Positions 1-11,577 of a stretch of DNA of 64,000 bases are shown here, piece by piece (position 1 is the first letter of the stretch; each line of letters opens with the position of its first letter). Under the pieces are notes generated by a model. It did no database searches, was not told the DNA's origin, and worked only from the letters and a program-made list of their open reading frames with translations. The position numbers and the translations under genes were made by a program. Origin of the DNA: an uncultured archaeon (GTDB lineage Archaea > Asgardarchaeota > Lokiarchaeia > Sigyniarchaeales > SOKP01); NCBI GenBank assembly GCA_964447495.1, contig CAYUTF010000002.1, positions 51,639 to 115,638 on the forward strand. The letters run 5' to 3'.

Positions 1-77
1 TTCAAAAAGTAATATCAAGTTTAAGACAAGTAAAATAAACAAAGCTTTTTTTATATAAAAAGTACTTTTCCTGTAAA

Positions 78-392
78 TTAAGAAAAATCCAGATGAGAAA
101 CCATAGAGATATGTAATTTATATTTGGGAATATTAGTTCTTAAGCGTTTTAATTGATTTCTTTTTGCTACATTACTTAAAATTCGTCCAATTCGATCAAC
201 CCTTATATTAATACCGAAGTTTTCTTTTAATACAGAATTAATCTTATAAGAAGAAAGAATTACCACATTAGATATATTTTTTTCACAAAGCATTTCAATA
301 GCTTGTTTAACAAAATGAACAATATTCTCTCTATCTTGATTTGTTTCCATACTCATATTAATAATATTTTTTAAAGTTTTTAAAACTTTCAA
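78..392 (-). CDS. Hypothetical small basic protein, possibly winged-helix-like
   Basis: 104-aa ORF; no family motif recognised; start uncertain. Confidence 0.5.
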   Translation of the reverse strand: MKVLKTLKNIINMSMETNQDRENIVHFVKQAIEMLCEKNISNVVILSSYKINSVLKENFGINIRVDRIGRILSNVAKRNQLKRLRTNIPKYKLHISMVSHLDFS

Positions 393-523
393 ATGAGTAG
401 TTAAATACGAATAATAGTGAGTAAAATTATTTTATATCACTTATTTACTAATTTATTTAAGAAAAAATTCATTTATAATAAGTCAAAGAATTGAATAAAA
501 TTAGTGTTGCTTGGATCTAACAA

Positions 524-2845
524 ATGAAAAAAATCAATTTATTATCAAAAATAAAAGGTTATTTAAAGCCAATCATCAAGAAAATTATTTTTAAGGAGAT
601 TTATATTGAGGGCAAAGAACCCCCTAAGTCATTTGCATTTGAGAAACGTTTTATAGGTATTTATTCGATATTTTTATTCTATTCATTCATCTTATTATTT
701 GCAATTAATTTTCCAGATAATGTCATAATTTATATCGTGACTTTTGGGAACCCCTTTGTGTTTGGAAATGCTATTGTGGCATTATTTTTATGCCTCTCAG
801 TACTCTTCAGTAATGATAAAATAAGACACTTTATTTTCGAAGAACATACTATGATCAAGCAGATAATTTTATATATTGGATTAACAACTGCGTTTTATTT
901 CATATTTTTATCTCTAATAAATATAAATTTGATGAGTTATCTTCTTGGGTTATCTACGTTCTGGCTTATATTATTAAGTATTCGATTTTTTATGTATTCT
1001 CGCAAATTTGCTACTAAAATAGAAGCGCGTTTTATAGAAAAATATTCACTAATGAGAAGGATAGGCGCATTTTTAACACCATATTTTATCTTAGCTCTTT
1101 TAGTTTTAATAGCTTTGATGTATCGAGGATTATTAGTCTTTATATCATTGGATATGTTTGGATCTTATGACCCTACTAGTGCTGTAAACGTATATAACAT
1201 AGAAATGCGATTAATAATGCCTTTAATTTATTTTAGTTTAATACTTACTTTACTCTTTATTATTTTTGAATTTGTTTTTACTCGAAAAAAGGCTGAAACT
1301 AAAAGGGCAGGCTTATATGATAACTACACATTTTCTCTAATTGTATTATTTATCTTTTTCTTTCAGGTTCTACAAGTCACAATTTTTCTTTTATTGAGTC
1401 CAGAAACGATATCTACTATAAAGGCCACTGTTAGTTCAACTGGTTCACCTGTTACTTATATCTTTATATTTGAATTCTTTATTTCAATGTTCTTTCTATA
1501 TCGTATTGTTAAAAAATTAGGAAAATCAATTGGATGGCAATTATTAATCTTTAAGAGAGATGGGTTAATTATATTAATTTTAGGGTGTGTTTTTGCTCAA
1601 ACTTTGAGCCGTTTTTCCTTACAAACCCAAATTCCAAATCAATCCATTACGTTATTAGGAAATTTCTTTATGGCTGATAAGTATGTTGTGTCGATAATAA
1701 TGATTATCTTTCTTGGGTTAACATTGCTGATATATTATCTAAAACCACATGAAACTTCAATGTTTATTAGGCTGCAAAAAGAAACTATAAATAGAGAAGA
1801 GGAAAGCTTGGATATTATCTATAAATTAATAAAAAGTGAATATATAAGAAGAGCAGATGCGTATCCTATCGAAATTCTTGAACGAGAATTGATTAAAGCA
1901 ACAAAATTACCAAAGAATGAAGTATACTCTTTAATTCAAAAACTTACAGATGCAAATATGGACGTTTACTTAACTGAAAAAACAGATGATTACGGAATAA
2001 AACAAAAAATTATTGATTTTGTGTCTGTCACAGAAAAATTTGACAGTAAAGGAGTTGCGCAAAAAAAGGCTAAGAAGTTTCTTTCGCAGAGATTATACAA
2101 AACTATGGCAAAAAAAAGTCAAACTCATCTTGCATTAAATAATAATTTAAAATCAGAGAAAGCATCTGATAAATTTCTAAATTCATTAGCAACAGATTTT
2201 ACTAAAAAACAAAAAGATGATCAAAAAATAAAGCTGAAACAAAATGAAACTGAGATCTCATTTATTAGAAAAGATATTCCTGAATCATTGAAGGAGTCAA
2301 TATTAAGTATTCTTAAAAAAGAATATACTTATCGTATTGAAAATGAAGAGAAATACCCTAATTTCCTTTTTACAATCTCAGAAATTGCACCTGAAATTCA
2401 ATTGGAAACGAGGATTAACCCGGGAGAGCTTTATCCTATTTTAGAAAATTTAAATCAAACAGATATTGAATTGAAACTTTTAGATAATCCAGAAGAACCA
2501 GAAGATAAGATAATTAGCTTTTTTCCTATAGCAGATGATGATTTAACTTATGTCATCTCAAGTTTTAGACCTGAAGAATATAATAAAATTAAAATAGAAG
2601 TTATAAAGAACTTTATTAAGTATTTAGGACGAAAACGAGTAAAAGCTACCCTATCAAAGATAAAAAAGGAGATATCGAATGATACAGAACAGCAAAAACA
2701 ATGGAATTTTATATATAGAATTTTATTAGATTATTTCTCTAATTTTGCTGAGCAAATGGAAAAAGAGAAAAAAGGAGGAGATATTTTAAAGGTTTTTAAG
2801 GTATTCCCCTTAAAAGATATTGATATTTTTAGTATTGAACTCTAA
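524..2845 (+). CDS. Polytopic membrane protein with large soluble C-terminal region
   Basis: About 10 hydrophobic segments in the N-terminal ~400 aa, then a charged C-terminal half. Confidence 0.7.
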   Translation: MKKINLLSKIKGYLKPIIKKIIFKEIYIEGKEPPKSFAFEKRFIGIYSIFLFYSFILLFAINFPDNVIIYIVTFGNPFVFGNAIVALFLCLSVLFSNDKIRHFIFEEHTMIKQIILYIGLTTAFYFIFLSLININLMSYLLGLSTFWLILLSIRFFMYSRKFATKIEARFIEKYSLMRRIGAFLTPYFILALLVLIALMYRGLLVFISLDMFGSYDPTSAVNVYNIEMRLIMPLIYFSLILTLLFIIFEFVFTRKKAETKRAGLYDNYTFSLIVLFIFFFQVLQVTIFLLLSPETISTIKATVSSTGSPVTYIFIFEFFISMFFLYRIVKKLGKSIGWQLLIFKRDGLIILILGCVFAQTLSRFSLQTQIPNQSITLLGNFFMADKYVVSIIMIIFLGLTLLIYYLKPHETSMFIRLQKETINREEESLDIIYKLIKSEYIRRADAYPIEILERELIKATKLPKNEVYSLIQKLTDANMDVYLTEKTDDYGIKQKIIDFVSVTEKFDSKGVAQKKAKKFLSQRLYKTMAKKSQTHLALNNNLKSEKASDKFLNSLATDFTKKQKDDQKIKLKQNETEISFIRKDIPESLKESILSILKKEYTYRIENEEKYPNFLFTISEIAPEIQLETRINPGELYPILENLNQTDIELKLLDNPEEPEDKIISFFPIADDDLTYVISSFRPEEYNKIKIEVIKNFIKYLGRKRVKATLSKIKKEISNDTEQQKQWNFIYRILLDYFSNFAEQMEKEKKGGDILKVFKVFPLKDIDIFSIEL

Positions 2846-2954
2846 TATTTCCATTAATATCTTAATAAAGTAATTAAAAGCAAAATTCAAGAAAGAAAAA
2901 TAATTTATCTCTATCAATTTTTTCAGTATGATATGAAATTATCTCGTGGGATAA

Positions 2955-4226
2955 GTGATTAAAAAGCAATCTTTAAGAGTCTTTACAGGTATTTCTTCAT
3001 TTCAATTCTTAGCAATGTTTAGAAGAGGCTTATTCTATACGTATCTGTCTATTTATTTAAGAGATTTCCTACACTTATCCGTTTGGCAGACGACCTTGTA
3101 TGCCACTCTTCCCATGATTATGAGTGTCATATTTCAAAATTTTGCATGGGGTCCCTTAAGTGATAAGCTGCAAAAGCGTAGATCTTTTATTTTATTAGGA
3201 GAAGTTTTAGCAGGAATAGGTACAACTTTAGTGTGGTTTATACATTCAATATTTATTGATTTTTTTGTTGCTGGTTTTGTAATTATTATAGGCTTATCAT
3301 GTATTGAGATTTTCTGGAGCATGTCAAATATAGGATGGAGCGCCTTAATAAGCGATCTTTACCCATTAAAAAAGAGAAGTAAAATCATGGGAGAGTTAAC
3401 TAGTATTGGTGGTATAGGTCGTATTATTGGTATTTCCATTGGCGGATATCTCTATGATAGCGGTTTTGGATTTCGAAATGGGCCCTTGTTCTTTATTGCA
3501 TCCCTTATAATGTTCTTATCTACTATCCCAATGTTTTTCACACCAGAAGGAGGGATTAAGATTAGTAGAGATCCAATTTTAGAAGAGAATAATGTGAGTA
3601 ACAATCATACTAATTACAAGACTATCTTTATCATTTTTATTGTCGCCTTAATTTTTGTAAATTTTGGCCGAAATTCTATTGCTACAATTTATAGCCAATA
3701 TTTAATCTTAGATGGCGGGTTTAATGTCGATAGTATATTATTGAGTTATATCGCTAATACTCGATCAGTTGCGGTATTAATAATAGGAGTTAGTGCTGGA
3801 GGATTAAGCAAGAGATTTGGAGATTCGAAAACATTCATTTTGGGGATTTTATTTGCTATTCTCGCACTTCTCATTACTGGATTAACTCCTGAATTACTTT
3901 TTATTTTTATTGGGAGTTTTCTAATAGGTACTGCAGAAGTTATCATATCTGCATCATCATATACTATTGCATCCAACCTTATTCCACCAAAAATTCGCGG
4001 TAAATTATTTGGTGTATATAATGCTACTTTCTTCCTTTCTTGGGGCTTAGCTTGCACCTTAATATCGGGGCCTCTTATAGATTTTTTAATCAATCAAGGG
4101 ATTAATGAAGTACTTGCCTATCAATCTGCCTTTATTGTAGGGGCATTAATAACCTCAATTGGACTTATAATATATATAATTTTAGAAATTTGGCTAAATA
4201 TTAGAAAGAAAAAGAAAGACCTATAA
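2955..4226 (+). CDS. MFS transporter
   Basis: 12-TM pattern; motif A-like WGPLSDKLQKRR and GGLSKRFG. Confidence 0.85.
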   Translation: MIKKQSLRVFTGISSFQFLAMFRRGLFYTYLSIYLRDFLHLSVWQTTLYATLPMIMSVIFQNFAWGPLSDKLQKRRSFILLGEVLAGIGTTLVWFIHSIFIDFFVAGFVIIIGLSCIEIFWSMSNIGWSALISDLYPLKKRSKIMGELTSIGGIGRIIGISIGGYLYDSGFGFRNGPLFFIASLIMFLSTIPMFFTPEGGIKISRDPILEENNVSNNHTNYKTIFIIFIVALIFVNFGRNSIATIYSQYLILDGGFNVDSILLSYIANTRSVAVLIIGVSAGGLSKRFGDSKTFILGILFAILALLITGLTPELLFIFIGSFLIGTAEVIISASSYTIASNLIPPKIRGKLFGVYNATFFLSWGLACTLISGPLIDFLINQGINEVLAYQSAFIVGALITSIGLIIYIILEIWLNIRKKKKDL

Positions 4227-4278
4227 CTTAACGAGTAAAATTAGATTAAATTAAAAATAGAAATTAAAAAAAATATTA

Positions 4279-4449
4279 TTATTTACAACAATTTTCACAC
4301 ACATACTCATCTAATCGGATATATCCGCAAGTGGGACCCATATAACATTCAAATGCATTTGATTCCTCATTATAAGTCATAGTGTATCCACAGTGCATGG
4401 GTATTGTTTCGCTTACTTTTCCACATTTCGTACATTTTAACTCTGTCAT
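4279..4449 (-). CDS. Cys-rich 56-aa microprotein, paralogous to the C-terminal domain of the upstream CopA
   Basis: Hand translation MTELKCTKCGKVSETIPMHCGYTMTYNEESNAFECYMGPTCGYIRLDEYVCENCCK; GAGGTGA SD upstream; below the ORF-track length cutoff. Confidence 0.75.
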   Translation of the reverse strand: MTELKCTKCGKVSETIPMHCGYTMTYNEESNAFECYMGPTCGYIRLDEYVCENCCK

Positions 4450-4470
4450 TATTTATCACCTCTCACAATT

Positions 4471-7470
4471 CTATTTAATGAGTTTCATGGGCTTTCCATG
4501 ATGTTTTGGCACAGGTACATTACCACATGAAGCACCCATCCAGCAAACTAACTGATCTCCTTCCTTATGCATGGGTTTTCCGCAATGCATAGGCACATCT
4601 TGCTCAAGTCCACATTCTTCACATTTTAATTTTGACATACTTTTATCATTCTCTTTTTTTTTATTTAGTTCAATATATTTTTCAGGATTGTTTTTAAATT
4701 CTGCTCTACATGATTCACTGCAAAAATAGTATTTCTTCCCATTTAATTCATACTCAATCCAATCTTCTGGCTTCCCTTTCATGCCACATACAGGATCAGT
4801 AACTAATTCAGATTCCTCACTCATCATCTGCATTAATTTAGGATTCATGTTATCATAGTTTTTAAATTTCTCAGGCTCTCTTTTGAAATGTGCTTCACAA
4901 TTAGGACTACAAAAATGATATAATTTATCCTCATATACGTATTCAATCGCACGGCGGGGCTCAATTTTCATACCACATACAGGATCAACAACCTTTTCTT
5001 GGGATAATAATATTCGTTCCTCTTCAACTTGTAATGGAGTCTTTGGTTCGTATCTTTTCAGAAGCAGCGCATTTGCTACTACTGAAACTGAACTGGAAGC
5101 CATAAAAACCGCTGCTAAATAGGGAGGCAAAAAGAATCCAGTGACATAATATAAAACTCCTGCTGCAATTGGTATACCTATTAGATTATATATAAATGCC
5201 CAGAATAAATTGGTTAACATTTTCTTGTAGGTTTTTTTAGATAAATTAATCGCAGCTACAACATTTCTTAAGTCTCCGCGCATTAAAACGATATCTGCTG
5301 TTTCTATAGCTATATCTGTACCTGAACCAATCGCAATCCCGACATCAGCTTGAGCCAATGCAGGAGCATCATTGATTCCATCCCCGACCATTGCAACTAC
5401 TGCTTTTTTATATTCCTGCAATTTTTTAATAGTCTCGGCTTTTTCGTTAGGAAGAACTTCTGCTAAGATATTATTTTCTTCTATTCCTAGTTGCTTTCCA
5501 ATGCTTAAACCAGTTTTTTTATTATCCCCAGTTATCATATAAATCTTAAGTCCCTTTTCCTTTAATTTTTCGAGTGTATAGAATGCCTGGTCTTTGATTT
5601 TATCTGAAATACCAATAACTCCCCGTAATTTATTGTCAACACTGATTAAAATTGAAGTCACTCCGTCTTCTTGGAATTCATTTAATTTTGAATGGTATTT
5701 ATCTATGGAAACGTTATTCTCAAGCATTAATTTTTCATTACCGACAATGACCTCTTCATCATTTATTTTTGCGATGATTCCTTTTCCCGGTTTCGCATCA
5801 AATTCATTAGGAGTTTCTAAGACTAATCCTCTTTGATTAGCTTCCTCTATTATTGCACGAGCTAATGGATGTTCAGAACCCATTTCAGCACTACCCGCAG
5901 CGAATAAGACCTTTCGTTCGTCAAATCCGTCTCCATTTAATTCTTTCTCAGTGAAAATTTTTGAAACTCTTGGTTTCCCGACAGTTAAAGTTCCAGTTTT
6001 ATCGAAAACAATGGTGTTAACCGAATTAATTGCTTCCAATGAGTCTCCTCCTTTGAGTAAGATCCCATTTTCCGCTCCTTTCCCTGTTCCCACCATTATA
6101 GCAGTTGGAATTGCTAAGCCTAGGGCACATGGACATGAAATTACAACAACAGAAGTAAATACAAGTAAGGATAATTCTAAACGTTGGGAAAATTCCATAT
6201 CGTTAAATGCTATAAAAAACCAATATAAAAACGCCCCAATAGCAATTAAAACTACAGTTGGTACAAAATAATTGCTAACTTTATCGGCGAGTCTTTGTTT
6301 TGCCGCCTTTTTACTTTGTGCTTCCTTTACAAAGTCAATAATTTGGAACAGAAGAGTGTCTTTCCCTATTCGTTCAGATACTACATTTATTAGCCCAGTT
6401 TGATTCACTGTTGCCCCAATTACTTCACTATCAACTTCCTTTTTTACATATTGACTTTCACCGGTAATCATCGACTCATCAATTTTAGATTTTCCTTTTA
6501 CTACTCTCCCATCGACAGGGATTTTCTCACCGGGTCTCACAATTAAAATATCTCCAACTTCAATCTCTTCTATAGGAATCTCTAATTCTTTTCCATCTTT
6601 TAACAACGTTGCTGTCTTAGGTTGTAAGCCAATAAGTTTTTTTATTGCCTCAGATGTTTGCCCTTTTGTCTTTTGTTCAAAATATTTCCCAATTAATAGG
6701 AATGATAAAATCATTGACATTGCTTCATAAAATGTTTTTCCATCAATGAAGAAAGTTGTTAATATTGAATAGACTAAGGCAGTAGTAGTTCCTAACGCAA
6801 CTAAAACATCCATATTTGTTGATTTATTTTTTAATGATTTGTATGCTCCTATAAGAAAAAAAGAACCTGCAATACTATAATTGCCTAAAGCTAAGAAAAA
6901 AAGTACAATATTCCTAATAAAAGATTCTGCTACCCACCAGCTTATTGGAGTAATAACCAGAGTAAAACTTAAAGATATCAATAAGATTCGAAGCCTATAT
7001 CTCATTTCTTTTTTATGTTTTTCAATTTCCTTATCAATAGCCCCTGCTGCTTTTTCGATATTATAACCCAATTTCTTAATATTCGTATATATTTTATTTT
7101 CATCAATTTTTAATTCATTGAATTCAATGAATAATTTAGATGCCACAAAATTTCCTCGAACATTATATATCCCCTCAATTAATTTAACATTACTAATTAG
7201 TGAATTAAAAGCATTCTCATCAAGGGGATCATTAATTTTAATATCCACTTTTGCTAAAGTTGATTTATAACCTAAATCACGAATAGCTTTATCAAATTCT
7301 CCATAATTTGTTAATTTATCATTATATTCTACTGTCGCTTCCTCATTCGCGAAATTTACCACGGAACTAGAAACTCCTGGCATATCTTTAAGTTTTGTTT
7401 CAATTTTTAAAGCACATGATGCACAAGTCATTCCGCCAAGCTTGATTTTAATTTTTTCTGGAGATTCCAG
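4471..7470 (-). CDS. copA: Copper-translocating P1B-type ATPase with N-terminal HMA, two YHS domains and a C-terminal Cys/His domain
   Basis: GMTCASC, TGES, CPCALG, DKTGT, HP, GDGIND and YN motifs; DPVCGM YHS repeats; probable CTG start at 7470 after an AGGTGA SD (track start is 7431). Confidence 0.93.
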   Translation of the reverse strand: MESPEKIKIKLGGMTCASCALKIETKLKDMPGVSSSVVNFANEEATVEYNDKLTNYGEFDKAIRDLGYKSTLAKVDIKINDPLDENAFNSLISNVKLIEGIYNVRGNFVASKLFIEFNELKIDENKIYTNIKKLGYNIEKAAGAIDKEIEKHKKEMRYRLRILLISLSFTLVITPISWWVAESFIRNIVLFFLALGNYSIAGSFFLIGAYKSLKNKSTNMDVLVALGTTTALVYSILTTFFIDGKTFYEAMSMILSFLLIGKYFEQKTKGQTSEAIKKLIGLQPKTATLLKDGKELEIPIEEIEVGDILIVRPGEKIPVDGRVVKGKSKIDESMITGESQYVKKEVDSEVIGATVNQTGLINVVSERIGKDTLLFQIIDFVKEAQSKKAAKQRLADKVSNYFVPTVVLIAIGAFLYWFFIAFNDMEFSQRLELSLLVFTSVVVISCPCALGLAIPTAIMVGTGKGAENGILLKGGDSLEAINSVNTIVFDKTGTLTVGKPRVSKIFTEKELNGDGFDERKVLFAAGSAEMGSEHPLARAIIEEANQRGLVLETPNEFDAKPGKGIIAKINDEEVIVGNEKLMLENNVSIDKYHSKLNEFQEDGVTSILISVDNKLRGVIGISDKIKDQAFYTLEKLKEKGLKIYMITGDNKKTGLSIGKQLGIEENNILAEVLPNEKAETIKKLQEYKKAVVAMVGDGINDAPALAQADVGIAIGSGTDIAIETADIVLMRGDLRNVVAAINLSKKTYKKMLTNLFWAFIYNLIGIPIAAGVLYYVTGFFLPPYLAAVFMASSSVSVVANALLLKRYEPKTPLQVEEERILLSQEKVVDPVCGMKIEPRRAIEYVYEDKLYHFCSPNCEAHFKREPEKFKNYDNMNPKLMQMMSEESELVTDPVCGMKGKPEDWIEYELNGKKYYFCSESCRAEFKNNPEKYIELNKKKENDKSMSKLKCEECGLEQDVPMHCGKPMHKEGDQLVCWMGASCGNVPVPKHHGKPMKLIK

Positions 7471-7630
7471 ATTTAATCACCTTATAAAATAATCCTACTC
7501 TAAAAATAGATAATACAATAAAAATAGCTATTGCTTATAATTTGAAATACATCCGAATTATTTACAAATAATAAGTACTACTAAGGGAGAGATTTCATTT
7601 AAAGTATTACTATATTTAAAATAGAGACTC

Positions 7631-8017
7631 TTAGCTCTTATTTTGTTTAGAAAAATATTTCTGAATTGCATCATGTAAAGCATCAGCTGCTAAATTGCTG
7701 CAGTGGAGCTTTATAGGAGGTAATCCGCCCAATGAGTCAGCAACATCATCTCTTGTTATTTTATTAGCTTCTTCTAAAGTTTTTCCTTTAGCTAATTCAG
7801 TAATCATTGACGATGTAGCTATGGCTGCGGCACAGCCAAATGTTTGAAAGGAAATATCATTAATAATTTTCTTTCCTTCCTTCTCTTTGACCTTAATATA
7901 TATATACATAAGATCTCCGCAAACAGGGTTCCCAAACTCGCCCACAACATCTGCATCCTTCATTTCTCCAATATTCCGAGGATTTTTGAAATGATCCAAT
8001 ACTTTATCTGAGTACAA
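7631..8017 (-). CDS. iscU: Fe-S scaffold protein, IscU/NifU (MisU) type
   Basis: YSDKVLDHFKNPRN, GNPVCGD, FGCAAAIA, LPPIKLHCS. Confidence 0.95.
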   Translation of the reverse strand: MYSDKVLDHFKNPRNIGEMKDADVVGEFGNPVCGDLMYIYIKVKEKEGKKIINDISFQTFGCAAAIATSSMITELAKGKTLEEANKITRDDVADSLGGLPPIKLHCSNLAADALHDAIQKYFSKQNKS

Positions 8018-8091
8018 TGTTGCTAACCTTCTTTAATTTAATGAATGTCAAATGTGTAATGTAAAATTCTAATATTATATTGATATTGTAT

Positions 8092-10374
8092 TTAATTTAA
8101 AATTAATAATTTTCTTTTCTGAGGTAATGATACCTTCTCTACACCTAATTCTTTCACATAGTCTACAACGTCTATTAGATTTTTAGCAGACTGATGAAAA
8201 AAGCATACTTCTTTCGGTTCAAGGTTTTCAATCATTTTTGTGAGTTGTTTTTTATCAGAGTGTAGGATAATTTTTAACTGAGGAACAAAAGTATTTATTA
8301 ATAGTGCTCTGAAGGGGACTTTCCATGTTTCTGAAAATGTAATTTCATCGCTTCCAGAAATTAAAGCTTGTCCAGGTTCTTCATGAATAGAGCCTGCGAG
8401 ATAGACTAAATTATGTGGATTCCTTCCAATGATATTAATAATGTTTCGAATAATCCCATAGGAGAGATCAGGAGGATGACTTATAATAATATTATTCTTT
8501 TTTCTTAAAAATTCTAAATCCGTTACGTCAAACCACCGAAATTTTATACTATTAAAAGGATTCGCTTTATCTCGTATGAGGTTAGAAATTGGTCCGTAAA
8601 TATATTCATAGCGATGATTTATAACTTGAATATTTTTCTTTACCATCATATCGACATAAATATTGGGTCTATTTTTAAAATTCTTTCTTATTTGTAGTTT
8701 TCTAAAATATCTCCAAAAGATTAACATGAAAGTAATTGCTAAACTTGAAGGGTCAGCTCCGATTAACACACTATCCTCATATTCTGCTTTTTGTTCCAAG
8801 AATAATATTAAACTGTGAAATGTTTCAGATATATCTCCGTAATCTTCCATTGCACAGGTTCCATCTATTAGAAGATAATCAATAGGTTTCGAAATTTGTC
8901 CTAAAAATCTTCTTGTTCCAGCAAACGGGGTTATATCATAATAAGTGTAATCCCCTGTATATAGAAAACGGAAATCCTTGACTTTTGCTAATATCATTAG
9001 TGCGCCAGGCATGTGACCCGCATGGTAGAAAGAAAGATAACATCCCTTCTCCTTGAATTTTACCTTCGAACCGTTTTCTACATAAATAACATTTCTAACT
9101 ATATTTTGATATTCCTCTTCCTCTATATTTGTATGTGATTCTTGCTTCAAAAAGTTAGAATCGCGAAGTAAATATAAATCCAAAGTTATTCTTGAGCATA
9201 AAATTGGAATATCAGGAAAAGTTTTTATGAGTTGTTTTAATCCAGAGATATGATCGTAATGGCTATGTGATAAAAATATTGCATCTATCTCAGAATTTAC
9301 TTGTTCAAAGTTAATATCTTTTTCTAGTTCCAATTGACTCCTTTTTTTCTCAGCATCAGCCAGAAGTTTTGAAAAATTAACTAAATATTCTTGTATATAG
9401 TTGAAATCACCTTCTTTATCCTCTTCTTCTTTTGGTTCAGAGAGACCGCAATCTAATAAAATATTGAGCTTTCCTAATCCTAAGATATGACAGTTATGAT
9501 TTGGTTTCAATACAATAGGATATATTGTAACTCTTATCTTTTCAGAATCACTTTCCCCATTATTTAAAGAAATATTTTCAAAGTATGATTCATTATATCT
9601 CTTCTCGATTTTATCAATAGCAAGTGAGATTTCACTACCTCCAACAGGGACGCCTGTTATGTAAAAATACCAGCCATATTTATTTACTATCTCCTTTAAA
9701 TTTTCATACATCACGTCTGCAATTAAAGATTTTACCACAATAACTCTTTTTTCTTGATAATATATTATTTTTTTTATTGATTTCTTCTCCTTTTCAGGAA
9801 TAGTTTGGTTCTTATAAAAGAGATCATCGAGGACTTCTTTAATGGGCATTTGAGGGATTTTTTCTGATTCTAAAACTCGTTTGTAAGCAAAATATTCTTT
9901 AGTATTGTATAAAGCCCGCATATTTCGTTTTTCTTTTAAACTAATTGTATTATCGTTGAACTGGTATTTTTCGGTGAGTATAGTTTCTTCTTCTTTATGG
10001 ATTTGAGCTTTTTTTTGCTTCTTCTTTTCAGCTTTTAAAACATAAAAATACCATCCATACATTTGAATTAATTTATCCCGATTATAGATGAAATCTTTTC
10101 CAGATTTAGTAATGGGTATAATAGTTCTATGTTTTTCTGAAAATATTATTCTAGAAATTGATTTTTTTGTTTTTTCAGAAATAAGATTATTTTTTACAAA
10201 GAGATGTTCTATTACTTCCTTTATAGGTTTTTGAAGGATATTTTTTTGTTCCATTAATTTTAGTTTATTGGAATATGATTTAGTTTTAAAAGAGACATCA
10301 GATATGTCTTTTTCTTCTAAATTAATTGTATAATCCGAAAATTTTAATTCCTCACTAACCATTAAATAGATCAA
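8092..10374 (-). CDS. Metallo-beta-lactamase/beta-CASP family nuclease with long N-terminal extension
   Basis: LLDCG, SHSHYDH, AGHMPGA, YTGD, HSD motifs. Confidence 0.8.
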   Translation of the reverse strand: MIYLMVSEELKFSDYTINLEEKDISDVSFKTKSYSNKLKLMEQKNILQKPIKEVIEHLFVKNNLISEKTKKSISRIIFSEKHRTIIPITKSGKDFIYNRDKLIQMYGWYFYVLKAEKKKQKKAQIHKEEETILTEKYQFNDNTISLKEKRNMRALYNTKEYFAYKRVLESEKIPQMPIKEVLDDLFYKNQTIPEKEKKSIKKIIYYQEKRVIVVKSLIADVMYENLKEIVNKYGWYFYITGVPVGGSEISLAIDKIEKRYNESYFENISLNNGESDSEKIRVTIYPIVLKPNHNCHILGLGKLNILLDCGLSEPKEEEDKEGDFNYIQEYLVNFSKLLADAEKKRSQLELEKDINFEQVNSEIDAIFLSHSHYDHISGLKQLIKTFPDIPILCSRITLDLYLLRDSNFLKQESHTNIEEEEYQNIVRNVIYVENGSKVKFKEKGCYLSFYHAGHMPGALMILAKVKDFRFLYTGDYTYYDITPFAGTRRFLGQISKPIDYLLIDGTCAMEDYGDISETFHSLILFLEQKAEYEDSVLIGADPSSLAITFMLIFWRYFRKLQIRKNFKNRPNIYVDMMVKKNIQVINHRYEYIYGPISNLIRDKANPFNSIKFRWFDVTDLEFLRKKNNIIISHPPDLSYGIIRNIINIIGRNPHNLVYLAGSIHEEPGQALISGSDEITFSETWKVPFRALLINTFVPQLKIILHSDKKQLTKMIENLEPKEVCFFHQSAKNLIDVVDYVKELGVEKVSLPQKRKLLILN

Positions 10375-10425
10375 ATTATCTTAACAAAAAATTGTTACGA
10401 ATTTTTCATATTTTTTATTTATCAC

Positions 10426-11004
10426 TTAAACCTTTCGTCTTTTAAATAAAAGCCAACGAGTTCTTTCTCTTGGAGGAAAATTACCTCCATCAACAGAACT
10501 TACTTGTTCAATAGAAATAAAAGCTTTGGGATTATTCTTTCTAATGATACTTAAAACTTTGGGAAGATTTTTACGTTTAATAATTAACATAACTAATTTA
10601 ACCATTCCCTTTGTCCCTTCAGCAGTCATAGTAGTTAATCCATATCCTTTTTCTCTTAAAATATTGATTAATTTTTCTGGATTTTCTTTAACTATTAAAT
10701 GAAGATTTAATAATCCTAATGAAATTTTATTTTCGATCATTAAACCCACATAATTTCCCGTTGCAAAACCTCCCGCATATGCAAAATAATAGATTATATT
10801 TGTTAAATCGCTGAATATTTGTCCAATTGCTAGTAACCATATTAAAATCTCAAAAAATCCCACAATGGGAGCTAATTTTTTCCTACCTTGTGAAATAAAC
10901 ACTATTCTTAAAGTTCCTAATGTTACATCAGCAACCCGAGCGAAAAAAATAAGTATTGGTAAAATAATCAAAGAAAATATTGGATTTTCAAATAAAAATA
11001 ACAT
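10426..11004 (-). CDS. DUF2179/DUF5698 (UPF0316-like) membrane protein
   Basis: ARVADVTLGTLRI, GFFEILIW, AYAGGFATGNYVG. Confidence 0.85.
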   Translation of the reverse strand: MLFLFENPIFSLIILPILIFFARVADVTLGTLRIVFISQGRKKLAPIVGFFEILIWLLAIGQIFSDLTNIIYYFAYAGGFATGNYVGLMIENKISLGLLNLHLIVKENPEKLINILREKGYGLTTMTAEGTKGMVKLVMLIIKRKNLPKVLSIIRKNNPKAFISIEQVSSVDGGNFPPRERTRWLLFKRRKV

Positions 11005-11083
11005 AAGTAATCAAATAATAACATCCTAATAGATATTAAATAAAAATTATCAGGAAAAAAATACTTTATGAACAAAAAAAAGA

Positions 11084-11509
11084 TTATTTTTGCTTTGAAA
11101 AAACAGTATTTTTTAAGATTGTTTTTAATTCATTAAGAGGATAACCTTTACTTTCTAAATCAGTTACAACATTAGCAGTACTAAGAGCGTTTAGCATCTC
11201 TTTTTGGTTTTCTTTTGAAAGTTCTACACCTATTTCAGTTGGTAATGATTTCTCAGTATATGCTATTTCATTTAGTTCCATAAATCTAGGCATTATGAAT
11301 TTCTCTAATTTTTCACTAAACTTTGATGATATAGTTGATGATACTGACATTAAATCAATTGCTTCTACAAACACGTTAATTAGATTTTTGTTTACTTTAA
11401 TAATTCCATATTCTTGCCCTTTTTTCTTAAATTCACTTTTTATATAAATGATATCATTTACTATCGAATTATATTTATAAGTATATTGATTCATTTTTTC
11501 ATCACCCAA
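11084..11509 (-). CDS. Hypothetical protein
   Basis: 141-aa ORF in a minus-strand gene run. Confidence 0.55.
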   Translation of the reverse strand: MGDEKMNQYTYKYNSIVNDIIYIKSEFKKKGQEYGIIKVNKNLINVFVEAIDLMSVSSTISSKFSEKLEKFIMPRFMELNEIAYTEKSLPTEIGVELSKENQKEMLNALSTANVVTDLESKGYPLNELKTILKNTVFSKQK

Positions 11510-11577
11510 GAAAATAGTTCTCTGGTTTTTAATAATAACATCTTTTTTTTAAAATTTTTTATTATAAAATTATTCTT

